A stretch of 64,000 nt of DNA from Lama glama (Eukaryota). The notes below the pieces were generated by a model. That model was not told the DNA's origin. It did not search any database and was given only the letters and a program-made list of their open reading frames with translations. Shown here in pieces: positions 13,981-24,042 of the stretch. The stretch's first letter is position 1; each line of letters starts with the position of its first letter. A program made the position numbers and the translations under genes. The stretch covers positions 64,110,001 to 64,174,000 of the forward strand of contig CM052816.1 in the NCBI GenBank assembly GCA_028534125.1, read 5' to 3'.

Positions 13981-14050
13981 ACCAACACCACCACCACCAC
14001 ACCTTACCACCCCTACCGCCACCACTGCCGCCACCACCACAGCCACCCCT
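13981..14050 (+). repeat. Imperfect (CCA)n tract between env and PPT
   Basis: accaacaccaccaccaccacac...ccgccaccaccac. Confidence 0.8.
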
Positions 14051-14107
14051 CCCCAACCTCAGGGCCCATCAAGAACGAGGAGCAGGACAAAAGGCAGAGG
14101 AAGGATC

Positions 14108-14847
14108 TGTCACCGGCAAGGCCAATGAACAATTCCTGGGAAATAAAAATAAAATCTGGGTAATAAAGTCTAACCTTTTTCTTCCTTCATGCTTAGTCTT
14201 GTTTCATTTGCTCACGGAGAGACCTCGCCCCAGACCCTTCAGACCAGAGTTCTTTGCTGGAAAAAAACTGGGAAAATCTCTGTGCACACAGATGCTGCGT
14301 CCCAGCACTGATTTGGATTTGGAGGCGGAGCAGCACAGCTGTGCCTGCCCCAAAAGAATCCCTATAAAGAATCCCTATAAAGCAGCGGGGCTCACGGCCT
14401 GGCATGCAGCGGGTGGGAAGCATGGGGAGTATGGGCGGAGCGTGGAGGTCGTAGGGGACGTGGAGAGCGTGGGGAGCGTGGAGGGCGTAGGGGACGGGGG
14501 AGCGTGGAGAGCGTAAGGGGCGTGGGGAGCGTGGAGGGCGTAGGGGACGGGGGAGCGTGGAGAGCGTAAGGGGCGTGGGGAGCGTGGAGGGTGTAGGGGA
14601 CGGGGGAGCGTGGAGAGCCTAAGGGGCGTAGGGAGCGTGGAGGGCGTAAGGGGCGTGGGGAGCGTGGAGGGCGTAAGGGGCGTGGGGAGCGTGGAGGGCG
14701 TAAGGGGCTTGGGGAGCGTCGAGCTTTCAGTTCTCTTATCAAAGAAAGTTTTCCTTTGCTGTTGAATGAAGTTTGGTCTCCTATTGGCTTTAACTACACT
14801 GGGTAGGAGGACCCTTGTTGAGAGTCCTTTCAGGAGGATTAGTGACA
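14108..14847 (+). mobile_element. ERV-A 3' LTR (contains minisatellite)
   Basis: Preceded by the purine tract aaaaggcagaggaagga; starts TGTCACC, ends GTGACA; both ends align to the 5' LTR. Confidence 0.85.
14441..14723 (+). repeat. G/CpG-rich minisatellite, 9 bp monomer CGTRRRGRR
   Basis: About 31 monomers organised as three 53 bp and three 27 bp higher-order units. Confidence 0.95.
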
Positions 14848-15091
14848 AAGAAAGGTTTAAGCCATCTTGAAGAAAGATGAAGAATTCAGGCGAGAGATGA
14901 TGTCTTTGCTGGGTGAAGCAAAAGAGAAGATGAGCCGTCTCAAGGTAAATTTTGGAGATAGAATCTATGGGACTTTGAAGAACTTGTCCTGGGTGAGTGG
15001 GGAGAAGTCCAGGCCCTGCCTGGATTCTGGTTCCAAGTGGGGCTCAGAATGGCACCATCAGACCTGCTGAGAGACAGCTTTCCAGCTCATG

Positions 15092-15397
15092 GCGGTACTA
15101 ACACACTTTAGAGTCATGACACACTGAAGCAACCCAGTGTCAAGCACCTTTGCCCAGTTCCGTCTACTTAGCTTTAACCTTGTTGCTGGAAGAGCCGTCA
15201 GGTGCGAGTCCCAGATCCATTTTACAGGTGAGGCTTTTAAGGCCAGAGGGACTTTGTAACTTGCCAACATCACCAGGCTGCTTAGTGGTGCAGCCAAAAC
15301 TAATCCAAACACTCTAGCCCTGAACACAAGAGAGCAAAGGCAGAGCCCAGCCTTCCACCCCCAGATTTCACAGCTCTCAAATTGAGGTGCTGACCTT
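15092..15397 (+). repeat. Direct repeat copy 1 flanking ERV-B (host DNA containing a MIR-like piece)
   Basis: Aligns end to end with 29842-30139 at about 80% by hand; ends exactly at the LTR start. Confidence 0.92.
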
Positions 15398-15911
15398 TGT
15401 TGCAAGAGAGGGAAATGTCAGGTACTGGTCTTTCTTAAGGACCAGGTTAAGTGAGGGTCCTTTGCGCAGAAAAGAATTCAAGAGAGAGCCAAAGAAAAGT
15501 GAGAGTTTATTTAGAAGGATATGCACTCCGTAGGCAGAGTGCAGAATGGCTCAGAAGGTGATGGTGGCCCCAGGTCATGTAGTTGTTGGTTTTTATGGGC
15601 TAAGTAATTTCATATGCTAACAAGTGGGAAGAATATTCTTGCTATTTCGGGGAAAGGTGGTGATTTCCCAGGAACTGGGCCACTCCTTGCTTCTTGACCT
15701 TTCATAGTCTGCCTCGGAACTGTGTTGGAATAAAGGGGAGTGATTTTTAGTATTACAATGAAGGTAAAATGAGCTAAAGGTCAATGACTGGACTATTCTC
15801 CAAGCCACCTTGGTTTCAGTTGGTTCCACCCAGTCTTTATCACATCCCAACAGTTGTGCCCCTTCTTCATTTGTCTAGTGGTTGTGTCCTGTCCCTTTCC
15901 TGCCTGTCTCA
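15398..15911 (-). mobile_element. ERV-B 3' LTR (MER41-like)
   Basis: Minus strand TGAGACAGG...TGCAACA, preceded by PPT gagggagaa (15912-15920); homologous to 29322-29841. Confidence 0.9.
15645..15674. promoter_or_regulatory. Tandem STAT motifs (GAS TTCCCCGAA and TTC-N4-GAA)
   Basis: tttcggggaaa at 15645-15655 and ttcccaggaa at 15665-15674; motif match only. Confidence 0.5.
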
Positions 15912-16039
15912 TTCTCCCTCAGAGATTTTACTCTCATATTCTTATGGGAAGCAGAGGGGCGATGGTCCATCTTCTGTCGCTGAATAGGGACATCGACCCT
16001 GCTTGTCAGGGAATGAAAATCTCTGGATGCCTACTCTGG

Positions 16040-17700
16040 AGCTCCCAGGGACAGGACAGCTTCTTGTTTCAAGTCGGAGGGCATGTGGCCTGGAATCCTC
16101 ACATAGCCATCATTTTGACGTGGAACTGTTGTAACCCGGAAGACACAAACTTTACCAAGAGGTTAAAGAGGCAGGGTCCAAACAGGAGGAGGAGATCACC
16201 ATTACTGGGCCCAGGAGGGGCAGGAGCCAAGTGAGACTAGGAAGGGTGCTCTTAATGGAGGACGGGTGACATTAGGGTTGGACCCCTGGTTGTAGTGGTG
16301 TAACTGTGATGCCTGTTCATAAATCTTTTTGATGTCTGTCTTGATGGCCCAAGTTATCGACATAGGTATAGCGGGTTTTGTTTATGACTGCACAAATGCC
16401 ACCCGGCACAGCCAGCAAGTAGTCCAAGGCTGATCTGTTGTCCATGAAGCACGGAGGCCAGTGAGTTTCCAGAAGCTGAAAGTCTGTTTAGGGCTTTTCC
16501 AATAGTCAGAGCTAGTCTCTCTAGAGTGTTGGTTAGATTTTCTAGGGTTAGCTCCGGGTAAGGAAAGCCTCCCCGTGGAACTGCTTGTCCCCCTGCCAGT
16601 CCTATTCCTGCCAGTATTAATCCCATGACCCTCCTTGGATGATATTATTATTACGTATTGTGGCTGTGAATGGGACCAGAAGTCCTAATGTATAGGCTCC
16701 CTCTTGTCACGCATTATTACTATAAGGATAAGCGTTTACATAGGGGCCAAATTTTCCCTGGGGTGCACTTGTCTTTGGGCCCTCATTCTGGGGAGTGCCA
16801 CATATCCAGGCATATCCTGAAGGTGCGGTAAGAGATCTGGGAACAGAAAAATTTAGCAAGGAAACAACTGTGGATCCATGGATGGGACAAATTATGAACA
16901 CAATGTGGGGATTTTATTAGTATATGCAAAATAATTAAGTCCAGGAGTATTCCACGCCCTCAGCTTATTGGAGATGGTGATGTAAGAGGGTTTTACCCAC
17001 TGCTTCCACAGAGCCCAACAATTTTTAGCCCAGTTTTTAGTTCATTCCATTCCTATCCTGTAGAAATCCTCAACCTGGAATTTACTGTAAGCACACAGAG
17101 TGGAGGCATTCGTGGGAATGCAGTTTGGGTCCGAGTTCCAAAACGCTGTGGTGACATTACCACTTCATGGCCAGGCATTGGTTCAAAGAGGCTCACCACA
17201 GCCAAGAGAACCATTAGAGGTGTAGTGGTGTTGGAAACATGACTGGTTTTCTGGATTACAAACCAGCCATCATTAACAGAAAAGGTATAAGTCACATTTT
17301 TAAAAAGAGTTAAACTTAGGCGAGGTATTGGGCCTAACAGACGTATTGTTAGGCTCTTACCAGTTGGGGAGGGTGTTTCCATGTGCTTGAATTGGTAAAA
17401 CTCTTGTTGTATGTACCTATTTGTAGCTGTAATGATTGTTGTAAGCCACAGTTTTTATGGCCAATCCAAAATTAACTAGTTTTTCTCCCAGGTCGAGATA
17501 TTTAGATATGTTTACTAAAGCATTATTTTCCCATCCCCCCTAAGCTGCAACCATTGTCAGAAGTCCTAGTAGGACTATCATCAGTTTTTGATATGATAAA
17601 CTATTTTTTTCTCTTACACCCAGGCAGAGCGAAGAAGATGTTTACCAGGGGAGGGGGTTCTGAAACGAGGCAGAACAAGAGCATGATAATCAGAAACAGA
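16040..17700 (-). pseudogene. env: ERV-B env remnant, EnvV (ERVV)-like
   Basis: GWENNALVNIS; fusion peptide GLILAGIGLAGGQAVPRGGFPYPELTLENLT; SLASVL..DNRSALDYLLA..GGICAVINKT; WLLPLLGP..FGPCLFNLLVKFVSS; disrupted. Bounds approximate. Confidence 0.85.
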
Positions 17701-17759
17701 AGGATTACTAGGCCAGTCCGCCACAGCCACCTGAAGTCTCTAATCTGTTCTCTTGCACA

Positions 17760-19189
17760 GATACCTGAGTCCTTCCAATGATTCGCAGGAGTAGATCTCT
17801 TCTGGTTCCTGCTGAGACAGATAAGATACAGGTTTTATTCTAGTCAGATGTACCCAGCCAGTAATTCCCTGTAGCTTGACTGCAGTTGGGGGTACTTAGT
17901 TACACGATATGGTCCCTTCCATTTTGGTTGTAGCTGGTCCTCAGGGGACCCTTCCTTCCAAGTGTTTAGTAGGACAAAGGTCACTGACTGGACAGAGACC
18001 TCAACCTTTCCTTTTGTGGGGGTGGGCAGCACTCTGTTTCCGTATTCTTGGAAGGCCCTGTAAACTTGGCTCAAGCTAGCAACATGGGAACCCAGTTTGT
18101 GGGTTTCCTCATCGAACAAGAGATCTAAGTCAGAATGGGCCAAGATTCCCTTTGAGGCCATCCTGGTCCATGGAAAGGCTGTAGACAGGAGGGAGACCCA
18201 GGTTTCTGAAGTTTCTTGGCACAGTTCAGCAAGTATTCATTTTAGAACATGATTTGCTTTTTTTGCCTTGCTTCAGGATTGGGGCCTCCAGAAAGAGCGG
18301 AGGTGATGGTTAATACCTAGAGCTGGTGAAACCTGTTGGATCACCTTGGTAGTGAAGGAAGGTCTGTTATCACTCTGTAAGATTACAAATCTTGAAATTA
18401 TCTCTTTAAGCAGAAATTTAGATACTTCTCTTGCTTTTTCAATTCCAGTAGGGAAAGCTCCTACCCACCCTGTAAAAGTGTCTATAAATACCAGTAGGTA
18501 TTTGCATCCCCTGCGTGAGGACATCTAGGTGAAATCCATTTGCCAATCTTCCCCTGAATAGGTTCCCCAATGGTGTATGGATTGAATTAGGGATGGAGGT
18601 GGCTCCCTGGGTCATTATGAGCACAAAGCTTGCAAGGCCTGGTAACATTTTTAAGTTTGGGACAGTCCCTTACCCAGGAACATCTGAGTAACCAGTTAGA
18701 ATAAGGAGCCCTGCCCTAAGTGAGAGGATTCATGGAAGTGCTTAATTATTTTCTGTTGCTCAACCCCAGGAATGAGGGGCTTGTTACTGTTTGTCAGCCA
18801 CCCTACAAGGTCTGTCCATTCCCCTACCTTTAGCCCACTCGAGTTCTTCAGGTGTATAGGATGGCACTGTTAGGAAGGGTGGACTGTTGGGTTTGAGAGC
18901 TGCAGCTGGTAGGACTGGCTGTTGTTTGGCTGCTGTCTTAGTGGCCTTGCTGGCCAGGGTGTTTCCCCTTATAAGGTAGGTGTTGCCCCTTTGATGACCT
19001 CTATAGTAAATGTCTGAAACCTCCTTTGGAAGCTGGACCCTTCTGGGAGTCCTAGAATTTCTGCCTGGTGTTTTATAAGGGGTTCTTTGGCTGTTAATAG
19101 TCTTCCTTCTTTCTGTGTAGCAGCATAGATAGACATGTAGCACTAGAAATCCATACTTGGAATCTATCTATCTATCTATATAGATTCTT
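17760..19189 (-). pseudogene. pol: ERV-B pol 3' part (RNase H C-terminus and integrase)
   Basis: DSKYGFLVLH, YRGHQRG..GNTLA, GEDWQMDFT, YLLVFIDTFTGWVGAFPT, LQSDNRPSF, WRPQS, QPKWKGPY. Confidence 0.9.
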
Positions 19190-19320
19190 TTTAATATTAG
19201 GAAATTTATTAATATAACTCACTATGCTAATAATACAGAGAGGAAAAAATATGTGATCATGTCCATAGATGTTGTTGAAAAGGCATTTGATAACATTTAA
19301 CATCAATTCCTAACAAAATT
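19190..19320 (+). mobile_element. Old L1 ORF2 fragment in opposite orientation; probable 3' transduced segment
   Basis: Translates as NIRKFINITHYANNTERKKYVIMSIDVVEKAFDNI (L1 RT region); lies between the L1 tail and the TSD. Confidence 0.75.
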
Positions 19321-21680
19321 ATTTTTTTAATTGAAGTATAGTTGGTTAACAATGTTTCAGGTGTATAGCAAAGTGATTTAGTGATATATATATATTCTTT
19401 TTCAGATTATTTTGCACTATAGGTTATTACAAGATATTGAATATAGTTCCCTGTGCTATACCATAGGTCCTTATTTATCTGTGTATATGTTAATCCCAAA
19501 CTCTTAATTTATCCCTCTCCCGTCTTTCCCCTTCGGTCACTGTAAGATTGTTTTCTATGCCTGTGAGTCTATTTCTGTTTTGTAAATAAGTTCCTTTGTA
19601 TAATTTTGATAGATTCCATGTATAAGTGGTATCATATAGCATTTTTCTTTCTCTTTCTGGCTCACTTCACTTACAATGACATTCTCCAGGTTTGTCCATG
19701 TTACAGCAAATGGCATTATTTTATTCTTTTTTATGGCTGAGTAGTATTCCATTGTATTTATATGCCACATCTTCTTTATACAGTCATCTGTTGATGGACG
19801 TTTAGGTTGTTTCCATGTCTTGGCTATTGTAAATACTGCTGCTGTGAACATTGAGGTGCATGTATCTTTTCAAATTGGAGTTCCCTCTGGATATATGCCC
19901 AGGAGTGGGATTGCTGGATCATATGGTAAGTCTGTTTTTAGTTTTTTGAGGTATCTCCATATTGTTTTCCATAATGGCTGCACCAAACTACATTCCCACC
20001 AGTGGTACAAGAGGATTCCCTTTTCTCCACACCCTCTCCAGCGTTTATCATTTGTGGGCTTTTTAATGGTGGCCATTCTGATTGGTGTGAGGTGATACCT
20101 CATTGTAGTTTTGATATGCAATTCTCTGATAATTTGTGATATTGAGCATTTTTTCATGTGCCTTTTGGCCTTTTGTATATGTCTTCATTGGAAAAATGCT
20201 TGTTTAGGTCTTCTGCCCATTTTTGGATTGAATTGTTTAGTTTTTCATTACTAAGTTGTATGAGGTGTTTGTATATTCTGAAAATTAAGCCCTTGTGAGT
20301 CACATCATTTGCACATATTTTCTCCTATTCTGTAGGTTGTCATTTCGTTTTGTTAGTGGTTTCCTTTCCTGTAGTTGATTTCTAGTCTCAGTAGGTTGTG
20401 GTCAGGAAAGATGCTTGATATGATTTCAATTTTCTCTTGTTTTCTGTTTACTGAGGCTTGTGATCTATCCTGGAGAATTTTTCCATGAGCACTTGAAAAT
20501 ACAATGTATCCTGCTGCTTTCAAATGGTATGCTCTATAAATATTAAGCCCACTTCATCAAATGTGTTATTTAAGGCCTATGTTTCCTTACTGATTTTGTC
20601 TGGATAATAGATAACCTATCCATTGGTATAGGTGGGGTGTTAAAGTCCCCAACTATTCTTGTGTTGCTGTTGATTTCTCCTTTTATGTCTGTTACTATTT
20701 ACCTTATATGTTGAGGTACTCCTATGTTGGGTGCATATATATTTACAATTGTTATATCTTCTTGGATTGATCCGTTGATCATTATAAAGTGTACTTTTTT
20801 TGTCTCTTGTAACAGTCTTTAGTTTAAAGTCTATTTTGTCTGATATAAGTATTGCTACTCTGGCTTTCTTTTGATTTCCGTATTTATGGAATACATTTTT
20901 CCATCCCCTCACTTTCAGTCTGTATGTTTCTCTAAACCTGAACTAAGTCTCTCCTAGGCACCATATATACAAGTTTTTGTATTCATTTAGCTACTCTGCG
21001 TCTTTTGGTTGGAGAATTTTGTCCATTTACATTTAAGGTAATTATTGATATTTGTGTTCTTAGTGCCATTTTGGTAATTGTGTTGGATTTTCTTCTGTAG
21101 GTCTTTTTTTCCCCCTTTCATCTTTTGTTCTCTTGTGATTTGATGTCTAGTTTACTGTTACATTTGGATTCCTTTTTCTCTTTTGTGTGTATATGTATAA
21201 TAGATTTTTGGTTTGTGTTTACAATAAATTTTTTGTATAGCAGTTTCTAATATATGTGATTGTTTTAAGTTGCTGATCTCTTAATTTCAAATGCATTTGT
21301 CAAACTCTACGTTTGTACTCTCTTCCCCTCACAAATACTATTTTTGATACTATGTTTTACATCTAATTGCTTTGTGTATCCCTTAACTGTTTATTGTGGA
21401 TATAGATGATTTTACTACTTTTGTCTTTTAACCTCCCTACTAGCTTTGTATGTGGATGATTTCCTACCTTTACTGTATGTTTGCTTTACCAGTGAGCTTT
21501 TTCATTCCATAATTTTCTTGTTTCTAGTTGTGGCCTTTTCTTTTTCATATAGAGAATTTGCTTTCACATTTTTTATAAAGCTGATTTGGTAGTGCTGAAT
21601 TCTTCTAGCTATTGTTTATCTGTAAAACTTTTTCTTTCTCCATCAAATCTGAATGAGAGCCTTACTGGGTAGAGAATATT

Positions 21681-21762
21681 TTTTAATGGAGGTACTGGGG
21701 ATTGAACCCAGGACTTTGTGCATGCTAAACATGCACTCTGCCACTGAGTTACTACCCATCCC
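21681..21762 (-). mobile_element. tRNA-derived SINE (Vic-1-like) nested in L1 ORF1
   Basis: A/B boxes (TAACTCAGTGG...GGTTCAATCCC); TSD ctgggtagagaatatt 21665-21680 / ctgggtagagtatt 21763-21776. Confidence 0.85.
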
Positions 21763-24042
21763 CTGGGTAGAGTATTCTTGGTTGTAGATTTTTCCCTTTC
21801 ATCACTTTCATTATATCATGCCACTCCCTGCTGGCCTAGAGTTTCTGCTGAAAAATCAGCTAATAGCCTTATGGAGTTCCCATGTATGTTATTTGTAGCT
21901 TTACCCTTGCTGCTTTTAATATTCACTTTTTATCTTTAGTTTTTCTCACTTTGATTATAATGTTCCTTAGTGTGTTCCTCTTTAGGTTAATTCTGTGTGT
22001 GACTCTGCACTTGCTGGACTTGGGTGACTTTTTACTTTCCCAGGTTAGGAAAGTTTTCAGCTATTATCTCTTCAGGTATTTTCTTGGGCCCTTTTTCTCT
22101 CCCTCTTCTCCTTCTGGACCCCTATAATGCAAATATTAGTGTGCTTGATGTTGTCCTAGAGGTCTCTTAAACTGTCCTTATTTATTTTCATTCTTTTTCT
22201 TTGTTCAGTGGTATGATTTTCACTTCTATGTCTTCCCGCTCACTGATTCCTTCTTCTGGGTCATTTAATCTACTATTGATTCATTCTAATGCATTTTTCA
22301 TTTTAGCTACTGTATTCTTCATCTCTGTTTGGTTGTTCTTTATATGTTCTAATTGTTAAAAGCTTCTAACTTCTCGCTCTGTGCATCCATTCTCCTCCTG
22401 AGTTTTTTGATCATCTTTACAATCATTACTCTAAATTCTTTTCTTGGGTAGATTTCCTGTCTCTGGAGTTTTATATTGTTCCTTTGGAACATATTCTTTG
22501 GCTGCCTCATTTTGTCTAAATTGCTATTTGTATTTTTATTTGCCTGGTAGCTTAGTTACATTTCTCAAACTTGGAGAAGTGGCCTTCTGTAGGAGATGTC
22601 CCATGCATCCCAGCAGTGCACTCCCCTCTCATCACCCAAGCTCTATGCTCTAACAATTCCTTTTATTGTGGTGATCTGACTATGTGGGAGGTCTGGTAGG
22701 CTTTGTTGGCCCCCAGCTGGGTTGGTTGCTAGGCCCTGCCTTGTGTGGATAATGCTGGCTGCTGTTTAGTGGGCCTGGTCACAAGATGGTTGGTGGTAGA
22801 ATTCTAGGGGTCTCCAGGGCTAGTGCTGGCTCACTGGTGGTGGATCCAAGGTCCCAAAGATTCTGGGGCTGTTGCCTACCCACTAGCAGTTGAAGCCAGA
22901 TCCTGGGGTTAGTTTGGACTACTGGCAGACAGAGCTGTTTCCTGGGATCTGGCTGCAGGGCTTAGGGATCTCAGGGCTTGTTTCACATCTTTGTGGGGAT
23001 GCTGGTCCCTGAAACAGTTGGTTCTTAGGTATAGCGTCCAGGGTGTCCCAAAGTTTGTTGTAGTGGGCAGAGCCAGGGCCCAGGCCCAGCCGATCCCAGG
23101 GTAGTGTCTCTCCTAAGTTGCATGATCTTAGTCTTCTTACTTCTGGTATCTCCTCCCTGATGGGTGAAGCTTGTCTAGACACTTGTTCAGGCTTCCTGGT
23201 GGGAGCCTACCCACTGGTGGGTGGAGCTGGATCTTGGCCCTCTGGTGGGCAGGGTCAGGTCTAGGCGCCTGTCTAGAGGCAGCTGTGTGCTCAGGAAGTC
23301 TTTAGGCAGTCTGTCTGCTGATGGGTATGGCTGTGTCCCCACACAGTTAGTTGCTTGATCTGAGATCTCCCAACACTGGAGCCTACAGGCTGTTGGATGG
23401 GGCCAGGTCTTGGTACTAATGAGCCAGTATGGCAGTCACTGTATTTATGCAGTTGAATGTTCCCAAATATGTCTGATACCAGTGTCTGTGTCCCCAGGGT
23501 GAGCCATACCTTCTTTGCCTCTCTGGGAGACTCTCCAAGACCCAGTGGGTAGGTCTGGCCCAGGCTCCTATCAAATTACTGCTTTGCTTCTGCCCTGGGT
23601 CCAGTGCATGTGAGATTTTGTGTGTGCCCTTTAAGAGTGAAGTTTCTGTTTCCCCTAGTCCTGTGGGATCTGCAGTTAAGCTCCTCTGGCCTTCAAAGCC
23701 AAATGCTCTAGGGGCTTGTCTTCCCAGTGCAAGATTCCTGGGCTGGGGACCATGATGTGGGGCTCAGGACTCTCACTCCTGTGGGAGAATCTCTGTGATA
23801 TGATTGTGTTCCAGTTTGTGGGTTGCCCACCCAGGGGGTGGGGATTTGATTATATTGCAAATTCCTGCTTCCCATCTCATTGTGGTTCTTTCTTTGTGTC
23901 TTTAGTTGTAGAAGATCTTTTCTGGTAGTTTCCAGTTTTTTTGTCATCGATGGTTGTCCTGTAGATAGTTGTGATTTTGGTTTGCTTGTGAGTGGAGGTG
24001 AGCTCAGGGTCTTTCTACTCTGCTATCTTGGCCGCTTTCCTC

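Larger units (their letters stand above)
8727..14847 (+). mobile_element. ERV-A: defective class I (gamma-like) provirus, RT deleted
   Basis: Order LTR-PBS-gag-pro-(RNaseH-IN)-env-PPT-LTR; TG...CA LTR ends; aaag precedes the 5' LTR and aag/aaag follows the 3' LTR (imperfect TSD). Confidence 0.9.
19190..24042 (-). mobile_element. L1 LINE (5'UTR, ORF1, internally deleted ORF2, 3'UTR) inserted in ERV-B RNase H
   Basis: ORF2 C-terminal peptides ([30 protein letters not shown]), EN peptide (ARVAILISDKIDFK); 15 bp TSD tctatatagattctt 19175-19189 / tctatattgattctt 24043-24057. Confidence 0.93.

Noticed and set aside
13856..14516. ORFs with poly-His/Pro/Thr tracts
   Set aside because: They arise from the (CCA)n tract and run across the PPT/LTR boundary; no coding evidence.
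14441..14723. Possible CRISPR-like array
   Set aside because: Tandem units without unique spacers, in eukaryotic DNA, with no cas genes.
14375..14848. ORFs with LTPSTLPTP and PPRSPRPLR repeats resembling a mucin or extensin
   Set aside because: They are translations of the minisatellite, which lacks stops on that strand; there is no gene structure.
12680..17700. Domesticated intact env (syncytin-like) gene
   Set aside because: Both env regions have multiple stops and frameshifts; the longest ORF fragments are only about 110 aa.
21681..21762. tRNA gene calls here and at 53571 and 59789
   Set aside because: TSDs, A-rich tails and diverged stems indicate SINEs.
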